Origin: a virus
Taxonomy: Duplodnaviria > Caudoviricetes
Length of the DNA stretch: 24,218 nt
Virus record (IMG/VR): IMGVR_UViG_3300048851_000089
Location: 1 to 24,218 of that record
Direction: 5' to 3' (one strand)
Shown here: piece by piece, positions 14,749-22,678 of the stretch
How the letters are laid out: each line of letters opens with the position of its first letter
Position numbering within the stretch: the first letter of the stretch is position 1
Program-made: the position numbers and the translations under genes
Notes under the pieces: generated by a model
Seen by the model: the letters and a program-made list of their open reading frames with translations, nothing else
Databases searched by the model: none
What the model was told of the DNA's origin: nothing

Positions 14749-15391
14749 CGTCTTTGTCCTGCTTGATTACCCAGTTTGCCCACGCTGCTTGCCAGTCCAG
14801 CTTCCGGCCTACGCCGGAGCGATCGTCGGCGTTCGCGGCCCAATTCCGAAAGCTCTCCAAGGCAGCGCGCGACCACTCGATGCCGCGCCGATCGGCGACC
14901 TCGCGGGCGACGGTCCCGTCGGCGAAGCGCTGATGCTTCCAGTCAGCGGGCAACCGAAAAGGCTTGGCCTTGGGCTCGGATGCGCGCTCGCGCTTCGGAG
15001 AAGGCGAAGCCTTCGGAGAAGTGATGTGTCCTGACGTATTGTCCGCAGCCGCTGCGGGGGTCCGCGTCGCTGGCTGCGGGGGTGCAATCGCTGCGGGGGC
15101 GCGACGCTTGCGGGGCGCAGTATTTACGGGGGTGCAATCGCTGCGGGGGTGCAGGGTGTAGGTGCAGCCTTTGCCGGGCCGCTCGTGGCGGGTCAGGTGG
15201 CCCGCCGCCGCCATCGACTTGATAGCGCCTTGGATCGTTCGCTCCGACTTCCGCGTCTTCTTCACGAGCTGCGCGATCGACGGCCAGCACTCGCCATCGT
15301 CGTTCGACCAGTCGGCGAGCGCCAGCAGGATCAGCATCTCGCTGTCCGGAAGGTCGAGCCCCCACACCTGGGTCATGATGCGGATGCTCAT
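14612..15391 (-). CDS. Phage replication initiator (N-terminal wHTH, DnaT-like C-terminus; 259 aa)
   Basis: LILLALADWSNDDGECWPSIAQL...SERTIQ; RLPADW...ESFRNW...DWQAAWANW; iterons in the linker. Confidence 0.85.
   Translation of the reverse strand: MSIRIMTQVWGLDLPDSEMLILLALADWSNDDGECWPSIAQLVKKTRKSERTIQGAIKSMAAAGHLTRHERPGKGCTYTLHPRSDCTPVNTAPRKRRAPAAIAPPQPATRTPAAAADNTSGHITSPKASPSPKRERASEPKAKPFRLPADWKHQRFADGTVAREVADRRGIEWSRAALESFRNWAANADDRSGVGRKLDWQAAWANWVIKQDKDDGQSGSGTGRLGGNRQSRSGQGRTVDAAERFRARRGLSGSEASVG
15044..15153. repeat. Helper replication-origin iterons inside rep
   Basis: YGCA-N5-TGC-GGGG(G) and near-matches at 15044, 15083, 15100, 15116 and 15133 (16-17 bp period), positioned as in lambda O-type origins. 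Confidence 0.85.
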
Positions 15392-15711
15392 TTGCCATGG
15401 ACTCGGGGCCGCGCCGGCGTCAGGCTTTCGACCTGACAAGAGGGGGCACCATGGTGATAGGTATAATTACTAAGCCGCTGACCGCCGCGTATGCGTGGGC
15501 GAAAGGCTCGGTGGACGTCAGGCTTGAGAATTATGCTCTGAAGCGAAAGCTTTCTGTCGCCTACGAGCGGATTAGCCTCCTTGAGGCCGAGGCGAAAAAA
15601 GCGAGCTCTGAAATCGAGCGCTTGAGCAAGGAGGCCGATGCCGCGCGCACTGGCCTGAATCGACGCCCGCTTGACACGAGCAGGCTGACCCGAGGTGTTG
15701 TGTGAGATCAC
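15388..15711 (-). CDS. Possible bridging ORF (107 aa), antisense to 15451..15705
   Basis: GTGA overlap with the upstream stop and ATGA overlap with the rep start. Confidence 0.35.
   Translation of the reverse strand: MISHNTSGQPARVKRASIQASARGIGLLAQALDFRARFFRLGLKEANPLVGDRKLSLQSIILKPDVHRAFRPRIRGGQRLSNYTYHHGAPSCQVESLTPARPRVHGK
15451..15705 (+). CDS. Coiled-coil hypothetical protein (84 aa), antisense moron
   Basis: GAGGGGG RBS; heptad pattern LKRKLSVAYERISLLEAEAKKASSEIERL. Confidence 0.55.
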   Translation: MVIGIITKPLTAAYAWAKGSVDVRLENYALKRKLSVAYERISLLEAEAKKASSEIERLSKEADAARTGLNRRPLDTSRLTRGVV

Positions 15712-16106
15712 GCGGACTGCGCCTCCGCTCGCATCTTACCCGCATGCTCGACCATCGCCGCGGCGCGCGCTTCGAGCGCGTCAGCCGCCGCCCGAAGGTC
15801 ATCGCATGACACCCCACGCTCGGCGCCCGTCTTGGCGCGCAGGCTGCGCGGCTCGATCCCCAGGGCGTCGGCGAGCGCCGCGGCGCTGCCCAGCAACGCG
15901 CCCGCCTTCATCAGCGCGGCCATGCGCGGCATGGAAACGAGGTGCGAAGCCTGAGCCGCATTAGAGGCTCGCTTAGATGCGCGCCGCCTGGCGATGGTCT
16001 CTTCTTGCTGACGTCTCCGGGCGTCGCCGCGCGCTTGCATGGCTGCGTCGAACTCGGCGGCGAGGTGAGCCGGTATTGCGGCGCACATAACGGTATCGGT
16101 CTGCAT
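15708..16106 (-). CDS. HTH-containing hypothetical protein (132 aa)
   Basis: LLGSAAALADALGIEPRSLRAKTGAERGVS. Confidence 0.65.
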   Translation of the reverse strand: MQTDTVMCAAIPAHLAAEFDAAMQARGDARRRQQEETIARRRASKRASNAAQASHLVSMPRMAALMKAGALLGSAAALADALGIEPRSLRAKTGAERGVSCDDLRAAADALEARAAAMVEHAGKMRAEAQSA

Positions 16107-16174
16107 GTCAGAGCATCCCCATCGACACGCGGTCGAGCGTGAACGCGGGGCCAACGGTCCGGAAGTCGGCCGCG

Positions 16175-16429
16175 TCAGCAATCGACCGATGCCGCCTCGA
16201 GCAAAGGCTTGCCGAGCGTCGAGCCGTGGCGGTGCCCGGGGATCGGCAGCGGCATGGGCGCGGCATCGGGGAGCGGCGCCGGCGGCGATACCGTCCGCCG
16301 CGCGACAATCACGGCGTTGGCCCACTTCGGGCTCGTGGCCGCGAGCAGATTGAGGATCTCGATGGCGCGGTCGAAGTCGCGCTGGTGGACGGCCAGGGCC
16401 AGCTGGCCTCGGTTGCTACGATCGATCAT
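16175..16429 (-). CDS. Hypothetical protein (84 aa)
   Basis: GAGGT RBS; in the operon orientation. Confidence 0.55.
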   Translation of the reverse strand: MIDRSNRGQLALAVHQRDFDRAIEILNLLAATSPKWANAVIVARRTVSPPAPLPDAAPMPLPIPGHRHGSTLGKPLLEAASVDC

Positions 16430-16440
16430 GACGATACCTC

Positions 16441-17565
16441 TCAGGCTGCGTGGCGCAGGTGATCTGCTGCCAACATGAAGGGGGTGACGAGCGCCTCGAC
16501 GCCGGGGTGCGCGGCCGAGCTGATGATCGTCGCGTCGTGCGGGCCGCCCATGCGCCAGGTCACGGTGTCGCGGCCGAACAACGCAAGGGCATCGCGGACC
16601 AACGGGAACTGGAAGCCGATCGCCAGAGGCGTCCCGCGGAACGCAACACCGCTGAGGCCGATGACGCCGCTCTCCGGGCCGGCGTCGCCGACGCGAAACG
16701 CCGAAGCTTCGCAGGTCGCGCCGAGGTCAAGGCGGAAGTCGCGGTCGCGGGAGTTCGCGACGGTCATCACGACCTCGATCTCCGACAGCAACAGGTCAGC
16801 CTGCCCGCGCAGTTCGCGATCCGTCGGTGTGGCCATCAGGTCGGCGATCGGCGGGAATGTGCCATTGATCAGGCCGCCGGTGACCCGGATATTGCCAGCC
16901 TGCACGAAGACGCCGCGCGGCCCGACTTGGATCTGTGCGTCGCCTTCATCAGGCAGGATTGCCGCGATCAGCGCCGCGGCCTTGTGCGGTATCAGCGCCG
17001 CCGTATCGATGCGGTTGCCATCCTGCGCTGCGGAGTGGATGCGGTTGCCATCCTGCGCTGCAAATGCCGCCTGGCCGCCAACGTCGTAGAGGTGAACGCC
17101 GCCAAGGTACGGGCGATTGACGTCACCTTCGCCCGTGGCCGGCAGCGCGGCAACGAGGCCTGCGCGAAGCGATGCCGACGGCATCGCCGCCGTCGGCCCT
17201 TCCGGAACCGGTCGCATTGGCAGCGCGTCGCTCGGGCGACCCGGGAGCGTCGAGCGCAGCCGCCCGCACGCGAACACCGTACCCGCCTCCGTCGCGTACA
17301 TGGCGACGTCGCCGCCCTTCGCCTTCGTCACCATCGCGGACAGCACGCCAAACGCCGGATAGAACACAGCCTCACCCGGCCCGCATGGGGCGTCCGCCTC
17401 GATCTGCACCTCAACGTCCACCGTCGACAGGCGGGCGGTGCCGGCGGACACGTCGATGCGAACTACCGCAACAGACCTATCATCGCGCCGCCACGGGTTC
17501 ACCTTGCCGACGATCGCGAGCGCGGCGGCGAGGTGTCGGCGTTCGAACGTGATCGTATCGCTCAT
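16441..17565 (-). CDS. Divergent DNA polymerase III beta sliding clamp-like protein (374 aa)
   Basis: Clamp-length protein with RPYLGGVHL, AQDGNRI, LIPHKAA, LINGTFP, IGFQFPLVRDAL, LVTPF; AAGGAG RBS. Confidence 0.8.
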   Translation of the reverse strand: MSDTITFERRHLAAALAIVGKVNPWRRDDRSVAVVRIDVSAGTARLSTVDVEVQIEADAPCGPGEAVFYPAFGVLSAMVTKAKGGDVAMYATEAGTVFACGRLRSTLPGRPSDALPMRPVPEGPTAAMPSASLRAGLVAALPATGEGDVNRPYLGGVHLYDVGGQAAFAAQDGNRIHSAAQDGNRIDTAALIPHKAAALIAAILPDEGDAQIQVGPRGVFVQAGNIRVTGGLINGTFPPIADLMATPTDRELRGQADLLLSEIEVVMTVANSRDRDFRLDLGATCEASAFRVGDAGPESGVIGLSGVAFRGTPLAIGFQFPLVRDALALFGRDTVTWRMGGPHDATIISSAAHPGVEALVTPFMLAADHLRHAA

Positions 17566-17584
17566 GCTCTTGCTCCTTCGTTGA

Positions 17585-18187
17585 TCAGTAGGACTGGGCC
17601 ACATCGCGCTCGTGGCGGATGCGCTGGGCGTCTTGGTGGTTCGCAACGATGCGGCGGCCGTGCGCAGCGCTGCCAGGGATCTCGAGCTCGACCACGTCAC
17701 GCGCCTCGGCGACGCTCAGCCCTTTTGCGCGCAGGTCGCGGTACAGCTGTCGGAACTCGCGCGGGCACCACGGCAGCATCGTGTCGGAGTGCGTCAGGCC
17801 TTGGCGCTTGCGGGTCTCGGGTGCGCTTCGCGTCGCCAGCGCGCGTGCGGCGACATCCGGCTGCGACAGAACTTCGCGATACAGGCGCCGCCCGTTCGCG
17901 CGCCGCGCCTCCCGGTCGGCCTCAGGCATGTCGCGCATGTATCGGGCGAGACGCGCGCGGTGATCTTCGACGACCGCCGGGTCGTTGAACCGCGCGCGGA
18001 TTGCGGCTTTGCGCTTCTCGGTGGTCGCGGGGCTCGCGTTGTTCGCGCGCGCCAGGCACGACCGACAGCGACCGCTTGCATTCTTGGGGCCCAGTGTCTT
18101 CGGGCAGTCCGAGCACAATCGCGCTGAGCGCAAAGAACCGTCCGCAGAACCGGGCTCAACCGGCGCTGCGCTATTGAGCGCTGTCAT
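17585..18187 (-). CDS. Hypothetical protein with N-terminal Zn finger (200 aa)
   Basis: CSDC-X12-CRSC followed by basic helices. Confidence 0.7.
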   Translation of the reverse strand: MTALNSAAPVEPGSADGSLRSARLCSDCPKTLGPKNASGRCRSCLARANNASPATTEKRKAAIRARFNDPAVVEDHRARLARYMRDMPEADREARRANGRRLYREVLSQPDVAARALATRSAPETRKRQGLTHSDTMLPWCPREFRQLYRDLRAKGLSVAEARDVVELEIPGSAAHGRRIVANHQDAQRIRHERDVAQSY

Positions 18188-18220
18188 TGATTTAACCTCG
18201 ATGGTTGAACTGGTTAGCGG

Positions 18221-18682
18221 TTAATCTTCGTCTCTGGCGGTAGGTGCCAGCTTGGCCAGAAGGTCGTTAAGCGCGTCGCGGGCATCCTCGATGGCGACGC
18301 GGTTCGCGCGCACCTCGCTGGCGTCCACGTCGTCGTCATCTTCCAGAGCCTCGGCCACGGCGAGCGCAGCCTTGAGCAATTTGCAGTGCCGCCCGCGGTC
18401 GCTGCCGGCAGTCGGGCGGCTGTCGTGGCAGAGCCGATCGAGCGCACCGGTGAACCGGCCGTTCCACTCCCGCTTGGCGCGCGCGAACGTCACGACGTCC
18501 ATCGATGCGCTGGCGTCGCAGTACTTTGCGGCCTGATCCTCACTCTTGCCGAGAACGGCTCCGAGGTCGCTGAACGTCAGCCGGTCCTGCGACTTGATCA
18601 GCGACAGCTCGGTCGCGACCGCATCCAGCACCGCAGAAGCGGAAAACACGGGGCGGTTGCCGTGGATCGTCGGCGCGGTCAT
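18221..18682 (-). CDS. Putative CII-like HTH regulator (153 aa)
   Basis: LTFSDLGAVLGKSEDQAAKY; lies downstream of cro; ATGA coupling. Confidence 0.6.
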   Translation of the reverse strand: MTAPTIHGNRPVFSASAVLDAVATELSLIKSQDRLTFSDLGAVLGKSEDQAAKYCDASASMDVVTFARAKREWNGRFTGALDRLCHDSRPTAGSDRGRHCKLLKAALAVAEALEDDDDVDASEVRANRVAIEDARDALNDLLAKLAPTARDED

Positions 18683-18933
18683 CGGCCATTACCCTGGGCA
18701 TGGACACCGACACCCTCTTCAGCGCACCCAAGCCCGTCAGGCTCGCCGTCGCGCGTGCGCTGCTGGGCATGATGAACCACGCTCCCGTCCATGGTGGCCC
18801 AGTCAGCGATGTCGTCATCGGCGTCGATGATCTCCCGCGCGGTCAGGCCGACCATCACGACAACCGCAATGACCAGGAGCAGCGAAACGCCGATCACGGT
18901 TGCGATCGTCATCAAGAGGGTGTCGCTGGGCAT
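18679..18933 (-). CDS. Small membrane protein (84 aa)
   Basis: N-terminal hydrophobic helix; coupled to the next gene. Confidence 0.55.
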   Translation of the reverse strand: MPSDTLLMTIATVIGVSLLLVIAVVVMVGLTAREIIDADDDIADWATMDGSVVHHAQQRTRDGEPDGLGCAEEGVGVHAQGNGR

Positions 18934-18935
18934 GT

Positions 18936-19163
18936 TCAAGCTGCCTTTCGAACGCGAGAGGGACAGACCGGCGATGTGCACGAAGCAACCGCACGGTCAC
19001 CGGCGACCTTGCAGCGGGAACAGTGCGCCACGACGACCGGAACCTCGGCGAACACCGGCTCGATCACCGCGAACGCGTCGACGCGCTTGCCGCCGATTAG
19101 CATGCTCGCGATCGGCGCCGCAGCGACGCGCGCGCTCAGCTCGAAGGGGAGGGTGAGCAGCAT
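18936..19163 (-). CDS. Hypothetical protein (75 aa)
   Basis: Starts immediately after the cro stop; AAGGAAG RBS. Confidence 0.45.
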   Translation of the reverse strand: MLLTLPFELSARVAAAPIASMLIGGKRVDAFAVIEPVFAEVPVVVAHCSRCKVAGDRAVASCTSPVCPSRVRKAA

Positions 19164-19367
19164 CTACGCTGCTTCCTTCTGCTCGATAGGCGTCAAGGCG
19201 CGGACGAGGGGCGCCCATGTGCCGTCGAGTCGCGGGTCGGTGTCGCCCTTCTCGATCCTCAAGATCGTCGTCTCGTTGACGTCCGCGCGCCGCGCTAGCT
19301 CGGCGCGGGACAAGCCGGCCGCTTCGCGAGCCGCTTGTAGGGTTCGGGTGTCGAGAGGATCGATCAT
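19164..19367 (-). CDS. cro: Cro-like XRE HTH protein (67 aa)
   Basis: LQAAREAAGLSRAELARRADVNETTILRIEKG; divergent from cI; TTGACA at 19403-19398 on the minus strand. Confidence 0.85.
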   Translation of the reverse strand: MIDPLDTRTLQAAREAAGLSRAELARRADVNETTILRIEKGDTDPRLDGTWAPLVRALTPIEQKEAA

Positions 19368-19379
19368 ATGAACCGCATA

Positions 19380-19460
19380 GCTGCACATGTGCAGCCTTGT
19401 CAACGGCATATGTGCAGCGTTCAGCGGCGTGGGCTTGCCTGCTATCCTGCACCTATGCAG
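19380..19460. promoter_or_regulatory. OR-like operators between cro and cI
   Basis: GCTGCACATGTGCAGC (19380-19395), CGGCATATGTGCAG (19404-19417), CTGCACCTATGCAG (19447-19460). Confidence 0.8.
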
Positions 19461-19916
19461 CCAGAACAGAAGATCATCGCGCGGTGGATTGAGCGCACCG
19501 CCGCGGCGAAGGGGTGGGCTCTAGGCGACTGGGCAAAGCGCGCAGGCCTAGGCGCCGAAACGACCGTCACGCGCGCTGTAAAGGACGAGTACCCGTCCGT
19601 CACAACAGTGAAGACCCTTCACGCGCTTGCCCGGGCCGCAGGCGAACGATCCGTTCTCGATTTCCTAAACAACGACAGCGCTGAAGCAAAAACCGCGCCG
19701 CCTAGTGAAGAAACCCTGGCGGCGCTTCTAGCCGTCGTCCTGCCGCTCGCACCGAAGGGTCGCCAGTCGGCGCAATCGTTGCGAGTCGTTGCCTCAGCTC
19801 TTGCCCATGGGCTTGAGCTGCTTGGAGATCAGAGCGCCAGCTCGGATAATGCGAGCGCCCTGGGAGTGGCCGCTCGCGGAGCAGTCGCTCGACTTCGCGA
19901 TCTGACGCGGCAATAG
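19455..19916 (+). CDS. CI-like repressor without S24 autocleavage domain (153 aa)
   Basis: N-terminal HTH-like WALGDWAKRAGLGAETTVTR...TLHALARAAG; flanked on both sides by operators; no SD sequence seen (possibly leaderless). Confidence 0.75.
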   Translation: MQPEQKIIARWIERTAAAKGWALGDWAKRAGLGAETTVTRAVKDEYPSVTTVKTLHALARAAGERSVLDFLNNDSAEAKTAPPSEETLAALLAVVLPLAPKGRQSAQSLRVVASALAHGLELLGDQSASSDNASALGVAARGAVARLRDLTRQ

Positions 19917-20019
19917 CGACACGGCATAGCGCGCAGTCGAGGTAGCACGGCTGGCAGCTGGTCTCGCACTCCGGGGATGCCAGTTCGATTCGATCGACTC
20001 TGCGGCGCTGCTCTGCCAT
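19702..20019 (-). CDS. Cys-rich small protein under a LexA box, candidate SOS antirepressor (105 aa)
   Basis: ATG directly abuts GTTC-N7-GTTC; CETSCQPCYLDCALC; overlaps the 3' part of cI antisense. Confidence 0.5.
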   Translation of the reverse strand: MAEQRRRVDRIELASPECETSCQPCYLDCALCRVAIAASDREVERLLRERPLPGRSHYPSWRSDLQAAQAHGQELRQRLATIAPTGDPSVRAAGRRLEAPPGFLH

Positions 20020-20034
20020 GTTCTCTTTCTGTTC
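20020..20034. promoter_or_regulatory. Alphaproteobacterial LexA box
   Basis: GTTC-TCTTTCT-GTTC. Confidence 0.75.
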
Positions 20035-20079
20035 TAAGACGACACGGGCGTCCATAGGAAATCGATCCTACGCCGTAAA

Positions 20080-20129
20080 CTGCACATGTGCATTTTACTA
20101 TTGACGTTTTGGCTGCACATGTGCAGTTT
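20080..20129 (+). promoter_or_regulatory. OL/PL-like operators and promoter of the early operon
   Basis: CTGCACATGTGCAT (20080-20093) and CTGCACATGTGCAG (20113-20126) flank TTGACG (20101-20106). Confidence 0.8.
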
Positions 20130-20167
20130 GGCCCCATCAGGTCATACCGGCCGGGTGGAGGAACGAC

Positions 20168-20395
20168 GTGGCCGACCAGGCTTCTTCAGAATGGATCGAG
20201 CATGACGGGGCAGGGTGCCCGGTTCATGATCTCGCACGGGTCCAGGTGCAGTTTCGCGCCGACCGCGATCGCCGTACCGCCGAGCGCTCGTCGGGCCCCG
20301 AGGGCAACGTAGCGCACGCCTACGGCGACAGCTGGATCTTCGCCGCCGGCTCGGAATGTGCCGCAGACATCGTTGCATATCGGGTGGTCGCGTGA
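20168..20395 (+). CDS. Phage hypothetical protein (75 aa)
   Basis: GGAGG RBS; WIEHDG..CPV...DIVAYRV pattern. Confidence 0.75.
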   Translation: MADQASSEWIEHDGAGCPVHDLARVQVQFRADRDRRTAERSSGPEGNVAHAYGDSWIFAAGSECAADIVAYRVVA

Positions 20396-20790
20396 GCTTG
20401 CCGCGGTCCGCGTTCCAGACGCGCAAGCCGCCGCGCGCGGGTCGCCCGGCGTGGAAATGCGCTGAGGAATACAAGCGCTGGCTGCGGAAGCTGCCGTGCC
20501 CGAAGTGCGCTCATCCCGGCGACATGGCCAACCCGATCGTAGCGGCGCACGTCGACCACGCGGGCGGGAAGGGCTGCGGCACCAAGGCTCCCGACAGCGC
20601 GTGCATTCCTCTCTGCGATGACTGCCACAAGGCGCAGCATGCCGCGGGCTGGCTGACATTCGAAAAGCTGCTGCCGATGGGCGACGCGGTCGCGCTGGCG
20701 TCGGTCTACTGGACCGAATGGCCCGGCCGGCGCGCATGGGAAACTGAACTCGCCTCCGACCCTGCGCCGCGGCGCGGTGCACTCGCATGA
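20392..20790 (+). CDS. DUF968-like HNH-type Zn-binding protein (132 aa)
   Basis: WLRKLPCPKC...AAHV...GCGTKAPD...IPLCDDCHKAQH; GTGA coupling. Confidence 0.8.
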   Translation: MSLPRSAFQTRKPPRAGRPAWKCAEEYKRWLRKLPCPKCAHPGDMANPIVAAHVDHAGGKGCGTKAPDSACIPLCDDCHKAQHAAGWLTFEKLLPMGDAVALASVYWTEWPGRRAWETELASDPAPRRGALA

Positions 20791-21233
20791 CCGGCCGCAC
20801 GATCAAGTCGCATGATCCTGATCTGGATCAAACGATCCTCGACATGGCCGGGGCTGTCCATCGCCTTGAAAACGCCGAGTGGGCGATCACGCGGCTGCGC
20901 AAGGAAGAGGATCAGCGCGGCGCGCCGCAGGTCATCGCCAGCGCCAACGCCATCCGCGACACGATCGCCGCGCGCGCCGCGCGCCTCAACCTCAAGCCCG
21001 CCTGGGCGCTTAGGCTGATTATCGAGCGTCACGAGTTCCTGCGCAAGAAGATGGGGCGCCGCCCGACGCTCGAGCAGCTCGTCGGAGCCGTTGAGGCAGC
21101 GACCGACGTGCTGCAGAGCAAGGCTGCGGCTGACGACGCAGCGGCGTTCGAAGCCGAGTTCCTCGCGCGCCAGAGCCGCCACATCGCCGCGGCCGGCGTC
21201 GCCGCTGGCGCGTACCTGAGGGCGTGCGCATGA
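20787..21233 (+). CDS. Hypothetical protein (148 aa)
   Basis: ATGA coupling at both ends. Confidence 0.7.
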   Translation: MTGRTIKSHDPDLDQTILDMAGAVHRLENAEWAITRLRKEEDQRGAPQVIASANAIRDTIAARAARLNLKPAWALRLIIERHEFLRKKMGRRPTLEQLVGAVEAATDVLQSKAAADDAAAFEAEFLARQSRHIAAAGVAAGAYLRACA

Positions 21234-21658
21234 GGCCCCCCGCAACGCGCCCCGCGGGCGAAGTGATCGGTCGCCAGCCGTCATGCATCCGCGTCACGCC
21301 GTCGAAGGCCCCAAGCCCTTGGTATGGCGCGATCGTTGGCGGCGAGAAGACCGGCTTCAACGGCCATAGTATCGCGGGTGGACAGCGCTTTACCGAGCAG
21401 CAGGTCGCCCAGCTGATCGAGCGGGGCCGCGACGTCCTGACCGTTGAGACCATGACCGTGCGACGCAACTCGACGGACGCCGAGATATGGTCCGGCATCA
21501 ATCAGCCGCGGCCGGTCTACGAGTTCGAGTGCCCGGTCATCCACCGGCGCGCTGATGGCCGTGTCCGCGTCATCGCCCCCAGCGGTGCCGAGAAGCTCGT
21601 CGAGGCCGACGGGTGGATTGCGCCTTGGAAGCGCGGCGCGCGCCCAGGTGGCGCATGA
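21230..21658 (+). CDS. Hypothetical protein (142 aa)
   Basis: ATGA coupling at both ends. Confidence 0.7.
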   Translation: MRPPATRPAGEVIGRQPSCIRVTPSKAPSPWYGAIVGGEKTGFNGHSIAGGQRFTEQQVAQLIERGRDVLTVETMTVRRNSTDAEIWSGINQPRPVYEFECPVIHRRADGRVRVIAPSGAEKLVEADGWIAPWKRGARPGGA

Positions 21659-21759
21659 ACCGGCCGCTGCCCTTCGTTCCCGATCTCAGCGGCCTCGTGC
21701 CTGCCGAGGTCATGGTCGCGCTGATGCTCGCAATCCTCAATCGAAAGGTGATCCCATGA
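21655..21759 (+). CDS. Small protein (34 aa, MNRPLPFVPDLSGLVPAEVMVALMLAILNRKVIP), not in the ORF track
   Basis: ATGA overlaps with both neighbours. Confidence 0.55.
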   Translation: MNRPLPFVPDLSGLVPAEVMVALMLAILNRKVIP

Positions 21760-22010
21760 ACTGGCATGCCATCATGCACGGCGCGGGAATGGGCTGCCTG
21801 CTCGCAATCGCAGGCATCTCGCTCGCGATGATCGCCGACGCGCTGGTCCCCAACTGGACCCGGATCCTCACGGTGCTGCGCGGCAACCCCGCGCGCGGCT
21901 TCGTCCCGCTCTCCCCGACTGCCTCGGTCCTGCTCCTCAGGACGTCATTCCCTTCGCTGCACGCTGTCGAGGCCGATGCGCAGCCACCCATTTCGGAGCG
22001 AGCAGCGTGA
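21756..22010 (+). CDS. Small membrane protein (84 aa)
   Basis: AAGGTG RBS; hydrophobic N-terminus; GTGA coupling to the next gene. Confidence 0.6.
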   Translation: MNWHAIMHGAGMGCLLAIAGISLAMIADALVPNWTRILTVLRGNPARGFVPLSPTASVLLLRTSFPSLHAVEADAQPPISERAA

Positions 22011-22219
22011 GAGATTTCAATTTCAGCGGACATCGCGCGGAGATGGATCGCATGCGCCGTCAGGTCCGCCGGCAGGTCGCGGTGATCCAAATCGTAGCGG
22101 CGCTGATCATGTTCGTCATCGTGGCGGCTGGCGCTTGGCTGCTACTTCACCCCGAAGCCGTGGGCAGCTTCTTCGGCCGCATTGCAGCTGGGTTTGGGTC
22201 GGCTCAGCACCATGGCTGA
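22007..22219 (+). CDS. Small membrane protein (70 aa)
   Basis: Single TM helix; coupled start. Confidence 0.65.
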   Translation: MRDFNFSGHRAEMDRMRRQVRRQVAVIQIVAALIMFVIVAAGAWLLLHPEAVGSFFGRIAAGFGSAQHHG

Positions 22220-22403
22220 TGCATGCGACATGGCGAACGACGTCGTTCAAGCGGCGCTCGACCGCGGCATCCGCGCCGCGCGCGCCCCGCTCCCGATTGG
22301 CGTGCCCGGCGACTGCACCGAGTGCGGCGACCCCAGCCTGCGCCTGATCATGGGCCGGTGCGCGCCGTGCCGCGAGCCCAAGAAAGGCGTCCGTCGTGGT
22401 TGA
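22212..22403 (+). CDS. TraR/DksA-like C4 Zn-finger protein (63 aa)
   Basis: MADACDMAND...CTECGD...RCAPCRE. Confidence 0.7.
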   Translation: MADACDMANDVVQAALDRGIRAARAPLPIGVPGDCTECGDPSLRLIMGRCAPCREPKKGVRRG

Positions 22404-22417
22404 TCTAACCTCCTTCG

Positions 22418-22678
22418 ATGGGGGAGAGGGGCGTGGGTAGCGGGAGAGTCCTGGCGTGGGCGCCGCGCGCGATGCGGCGCGCAACGGCTGCCGATTACCT
22501 CGAGCTATCCGCCGCTGAGTTCGAGCGCGAGGTCGCCGCCGGCCGGCTGCCGATGCCGTTCAAGCTGGGCAACCACGAGCACTGGTCTAAGGACGCGCTC
22601 GACGAGTGCGTTGCCAAGATGTCGGGCGATGGCGTGGCCAGCTGGCGTGAGAAGTCGAAGCTCTATGGCGCGCAGTAA
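22418..22678 (+). CDS. Helper excisionase/AlpA-like protein
   Basis: PRAMRRATAADYLELSAAEF...GRLPMP...WSKDALD; overlaps the int start. Confidence 0.75.
   Translation: MGERGVGSGRVLAWAPRAMRRATAADYLELSAAEFEREVAAGRLPMPFKLGNHEHWSKDALDECVAKMSGDGVASWREKSKLYGAQ

Noticed and set aside
17008-17061. 24-bp repeat as a DGR template/variable pair
   Set aside because: Copies are identical, adjacent and short, and no reverse transcriptase is present.
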